Source: Macrostomum hystrix (Eukaryota > Animalia > Platyhelminthes). Taken from it: DNA of 64,000 nt. Under the pieces are notes generated by a model that was not told the DNA's origin, ran no database searches, and saw only the letters and a program-made list of their open reading frames with translations. Position numbers and translations under genes: made by a program. The DNA lies in NCBI GenBank assembly GCA_950097015.1, contig CATNEN010000038.1, positions 20,026,001-20,090,000 on the forward strand. Reading direction: 5' to 3'. Below are positions 59,358 through 64,000 of the stretch, piece by piece. Positions within the stretch are counted from its first letter, which is position 1; each line of letters opens with the position of its first letter.

Positions 59358-62300
59358 TTACTTGTAGAGCAGAATCCTAGCCTGTATGGGTTTGCGGCAC
59401 ATGTGGCACTGTAAAAGTGCCTGAGCACAGTCTGAGCAGGCCTGATGACCGCACAGGAAGGCCACCGTACGCGGATTGTCCATGCAGATGCTGCACTCCT
59501 CGTTGGCCACCTTCTCGCGCAGTCTTTGCAGCTCCTCCTGCATATCGAACAGGTTGTTCTGCCTGCCGGCGCCGAGAGCGTCCGGTGCGGCCGCGGCCGG
59601 GATGAAGTCGCGGTCTCGCAGTTTCCGATCGATTGGCTGCTTACAGCGCAGGCACAGTCGCATCTTCACAGAGCAGTGATCGCAGCTGATCCGGTGACCG
59701 CACGGCTCGAAGGTGACGCTGGCGAGGTCGTCCTGACACACCTGGCACAGCGAGTCGGCATCCGCGCGCTGAAGGCTCAGCTTGCTGGAGATATGGGATT
59801 GTGCAGTTCAGGTTAGAGAGGCGGTTTGAGAATACCGTCTAACAGTTTGACAATCCTGTCTAATAGTTTGATAATCCTGTCTAACAGTTTGATAATCCTT
59901 CCTAACAGTTCCAGAATCCAGTCTAACAGTTAAGAATTCTGTCTAAAAGTTAAGAATCCTGTCTAACAGTTTAAGAATCCTGTCTAACAGTTTAAGAATC
60001 CTGTCTAACAGTTTAAGAATCCTGTCTAACAGTTTAAGAATCCTGTCTAACAGTTTAAGAATCCTGTCTAACAGTTTAAGAATCCTGTCTAACAGTTTAA
60101 GAATCCTGTCTAACAGTTTAAGAATCCTGTCTAACAGTTTAAGAATCCTGTCTAACAGTTTAAGAATCCTGTCTAACAGTTTAAGAATCCTGTCTAACAG
60201 TTTAAGAATCCTGTCTAACAGTTTGAAAATCGTGTCTAACAGTTTGAGAATCCTGTCTAACAGTTTCAGAATCCTGTCTAACAGTTTCAGAATCCTGTCT
60301 AACAGTTTAAGAATCCTGTCTAACAGTTTAAGAATCCTGTCTAACAGTTTGAGAATCCTGTCTAACAGTTTGAGAATCAAGTATAAATGTTTCGGAAGAC
60401 TACATTTAACAGTTAACAGTCCTGTCTAGCAGTTTATGTATACTGGCTAGAGTTGTCAAACTTAATTGCTCTAACTCACCGATGAAACGAATTCAAACAG
60501 GTTGCCACCTCGGGCTCGTTGCCTAGCAACGAGATAGCAGTTTGACTTTTTCGATTATGAGCGCCTAAATCGGCGCCCAGCTGAAGCAGCCAGGCTGTCA
60601 GGACCAGCTTGGCAGGCATGGGGCTGTCTGGGGCCCAGTCTAGCAGTGCCACAGTCGGGGCCAGAATCAACGCCGCCTGTTGACGAAACTCCGGCAGGTC
60701 AGTGTACGGCCCGCTGCGCATTGCGGCGAAATGACAGGCTCGATCTTCGTCCTCGTCGGCGGCGTTGACATTGGCGCCACGCTCGGCTAGGAGGCTGGCG
60801 ACGGCCAGTTTTGCCTGACAGACAGCCAGAAGGAACGGCGTCTGGCCGCGTTGATTGCGTATCTCGGCGTCACATCCGGCATCGAGGAGGGCCCTGAAGT
60901 GAGGATTAGGGAGTACTTCAGTGTGACACAGTCTGACAGTCAGTTAAATAGTCTGACAGTCAGTTAAATAGTCTGACAGTCAGTTAAATAGTCTGACAGT
61001 CAGTTAAATAGTCAGACAGTCAGTTAAATAGTCTGACAGTCAGTTAAATAGTCTGACAGTCAGTTAAATAGTCTGACAGTCAGTTAAATAGTCTGACAGT
61101 CAGTTAAATAGTCTGACAGTCAGTTAAATAGTCTGACAGTCAGTTAAATAGTCTGACAGTCAGTTAAATAGTCTGACAGTCAGTTAAATAGTCTGACAGT
61201 CAGTTAAATAGTCTGACAGTCAGGTCAATAGTCTGACAGTCAGGTCAATAGTCTGACAGTCAGGTCAATAGTCTGACAGTCAGTTGAATGGTCTGACAGA
61301 ATTCCTACCTAGCCACAGAAACGTGGCCATTTAGAGCGGCCAAATGCAACGGCGCGAAGCCGTCATCCTTGCGCCGATTGCCGCAGCCGTTGGCGCCGAA
61401 TCTTGCCAACAGGGCGGCAGCAGCAATGGAGTTGCCTTTTAGAGCGGCCTGATGCAGCGGCTCGAAACCGCGCTTATTCTTAGAATGCGGCTTCAACTGA
61501 GGATGCTCGGCTAACAGGTTGAGAATGTCGGCCGAAGCTCGCCCGATGGCGTCGTGCAAAGCGGTGTCGCCGTAGCTGTCCTGACAGTTGGGACTGGCGC
61601 CTAGACTGAGCAGTGCCCCAACGCAATCTCTGTGCTGCTTGTTGACCGCAACGTGCAGAGCAGTGCAGCCCGTGTTGTTCTGAGCGTCCATTGGAGCGCC
61701 GGCCGCGGATAACAGCCTGACAGCGGCGGGCTGGTTGCCGAATGCGGCATAGTGCAGTGGAGTGTCGCGCTCTTCGTCTATGGCCGAAACTGACGCTTTG
61801 CCGGACAGGAGAATCTATAAAGAAGACGCGAAGTTTGACGGTGTGGGATCACGTGATGATGACGTCATCTATCTGATACGAATATTTATGACGCATTAAA
61901 ATATAAGTACTAAAATAACTTGTGAAATCCCAAATCCGGCCCGTTGCCTCTTCCGACACCTACAGTATCCTGTTTTATCTTTCCACTGTCTCATCTCTCC
62001 TTAGTCTCATCTCTCCTTAGTCTCATCTCTCCTTAGTCTCATCTCTCCACTGTCTCATTTTTCTACAGTTAATGCGGCCCGCTGTCGTCTTTTAGGTTCT
62101 CTCATTGGTTCGCTAGCTATTAGGTTTGAAGACCCCTGGTGCAGATAAAGAATTATTCAACAATGAAAGCCGGCAACTCACTTTAATAATCTCCAGATGG
62201 CCCTGATGACAAGCCACCATGAGTCCTGTCTTGCCATTGAGTCTGGCATCGACAATAGCTGGATTGCGAGTCAGCAACTGACGTACCCGTTCGGCATTGC

Positions 62301-63672
62301 CCTGAGACACTTCGGCTATAAATGCTCGACCGCTGCCACCGACTGCGTCTGCCGTATTAGTCGACGCTGAAGAAGTGGACGCCGCGGCAGACGAAGCTGA
62401 CGCTACGGTTGAATCAGCCGATGCTGTCAATTCAATAAGTTTCTGCACCAGGGCATTCAACGGGGCGCCAATATCGTGCGAGGCCATGCGATTATTGGCG
62501 GCTGTCTCGGCACTCTGCTGCAGACGGACCAGCACTGAGGGATCCATTCTAGCTGTGCGATTGTCGCCAGTGACAACCAGTGCGCTGCAGCTGGCATCGC
62601 CATTTTGAATAGAACGAACCTGAGCACAGGGTTCAGAAATGAGAATCCAGTTGTAGGACATTGAAAAAAATAGTGCTAAAACATGAGAATTCAGTAGACA
62701 TGGCATGAGAATCCAGTAGAGATGGCATGAGAATCCAGTAGAGATGGCATGAGAATCCAGTAGAGATGGCATGAGAATCCAGTAGAGATGGCATGAGAAT
62801 CCAGTAGAGATGGCATGAGAATCCAGTAGAGATGGCATGAGAATCCAGTAGAGATGGCATGAGAATCCAGTAGAGATGGCATGAGAATCCAGTTGAGATG
62901 GCATGGGAATCCAGTAGAGATGGCATGGGAATCCAGTAGAGATGGCATGAGAATCCAGTAGAGATGGCATGAGAATCTAGTAGAGATGGCATGAGAATCC
63001 AGTTGAGATGGCATGAGAATCCAGTAGAGATGGCATGAGAATCCAGTAGAGATGGCATGAGAATCCAGTAGAGATGGCATGAGAATCCAGTTGAGATGGC
63101 ATGAGAATCCAGTAGAAATGGCATGAGAATGCAGTTGAGATGGCATGAGAGTTCAGTTGAGATGGCATGAGAATCCAGTAGAGAGGGCATGAGAATCCAG
63201 TCGAGCTTACCTTAACCAGGCTGCCAGCCAGGCCTCTGTGCCACTCCTGCCAGGGCTCCGCGAGGCAGCGCCGCAGTTCAGTTTCGTCGTCGAGCACCCT
63301 GACGAGTTGCCCTGGTCGCAGGCTGGCTAGCTGGCCGCCAACTCGTTCCAGAGCGTCAGGATTCAGTGTCCAACGCTGCGCGTGACCCGACTCGAACTGA
63401 ACGCGAACGTCGCCTCGCTCCGTGATCCGATGAACCCGGCCGCAATGGCCAACAAGTTCCGACATCTTGTCATTCCAACCGCCGTGGCCCTCCTGCATAG
63501 CGCGCAGCTGAGCCTCCGGCCTGGCAACGCGAACCCGATCGCCGACTCGATAAGGACAAGCTCCGCCGGTGTCTAGTCGTTCGCCGAGTATGGGCAGATG
63601 ATCCCGATAATAGGCGCCCCAAATTGCCGGGGCCTGAAGCAGCTTAAGATCCACTTTGCCTTTGTGACCGAC
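59358..63672 (-). CDS. MIB2: E3 ubiquitin ligase Mind bomb 2 (3' part; 5' exons lie beyond the window)
   Basis: Exons 63672-63211, 62619-62182, 61814-61309, 60893-60480, 59784-59358. VGHKGKVDLK..YYRDHLPILG (MIB2-type Mib/Herc2 end), Mib repeat QEGHGGWN, ankyrin repeats, and two C-terminal RING fingers. Confidence 0.9.
59835..60378. repeat. 21-bp minisatellite, MIB2 last intron
   Basis: Unit GAATCCTGTCTAACAGTTTAA. Confidence 0.97.
60930..61298. repeat. 20-bp minisatellite, MIB2 intron
   Basis: Unit AGTCTGACAGTCAGTTAAAT. Confidence 0.97.
62685..63200. repeat. 22-bp minisatellite, MIB2 intron
   Basis: Unit GAGAATCCAGTAGAGATGGCAT. Confidence 0.97.
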
Positions 63673-63845
63673 CTGTTGAATATTAAAACTATTGAATCAT
63701 TTCTCTGAGGACTATTAGCAGACAAATCATTATTCTCCAGTCTTCAGGTGGATCTGTCATTGCCCTCCAGTCATCAATTGTATTGGTCATTATCCTCTAT
63801 TCATCCTGAAGACCGGTAATTAGTCTCTAAGCGTTAATTACACTC

Positions 63846-64000
63846 TAATAATAATTGATTACGCCTGCCCCAATTCGGCCAGATGTGCAGCCGACAGCAC
63901 AGCCGCAGCTATTACGCGGCGCATCTGAAGGCTGCGTACAGCTGCTCAGTCCATGGACTGGGGGCACGCCACACCCACCCTCAATTACCCCAGCTAATTT
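63846..64000 (-). mobile_element. SINE family B 3' part in a MIB2 intron (runs off the window)
   Basis: Reverse complement of 11525-11670. Confidence 0.75.

Noticed and set aside
59943-60380. Perfect leucine-zipper-like (ILKLLDR)n ORF
   Set aside because: Translation of a 21-bp intronic minisatellite; the flanking MIB2 exons join in frame without it.

Overview
Eukaryotic, intron-rich, repeat-rich animal DNA. The gene content (lineage-type orphan GPCR, DEG/ENaC channel, CAP protein), GC-rich exons, ~70-85 nt short introns and minisatellite-filled long introns suggest a free-living flatworm such as Macrostomum (inference, not verified). Seven protein-coding genes were reconstructed by hand from GT-AG junctions: an orphan rhodopsin-like GPCR (-), a 16-exon FKBP15 (+), a secreted CAP-EGF-ShKT protein (+), NADPH-cytochrome P450 reductase POR (-), an ADAT2 with an intronless CDS (+), a DEG/ENaC channel (-) and the 3' part of Mind bomb 2 (-). 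The non-coding DNA holds three tRNA-headed SINE families, RTE-type LINE fragments, MITE/hAT remnants, a probable solo LTR, Helitron-like termini, a Penelope-type hammerhead ribozyme core and about 20 tandem arrays including a 4.7 kb satellite. Most long ORFs in the ORF track are artefacts of these arrays. The main candidate systems are hypotheses: (1) several arrays whose monomer reads as a complete GT...AG micro-intron (chains of YAG|GT sites), in three cases in the sense orientation of the host pre-mRNA; (2) three exon cassettes bracketed by complementary intronic repeats, candidates for circRNA formation, exon skipping or editing.
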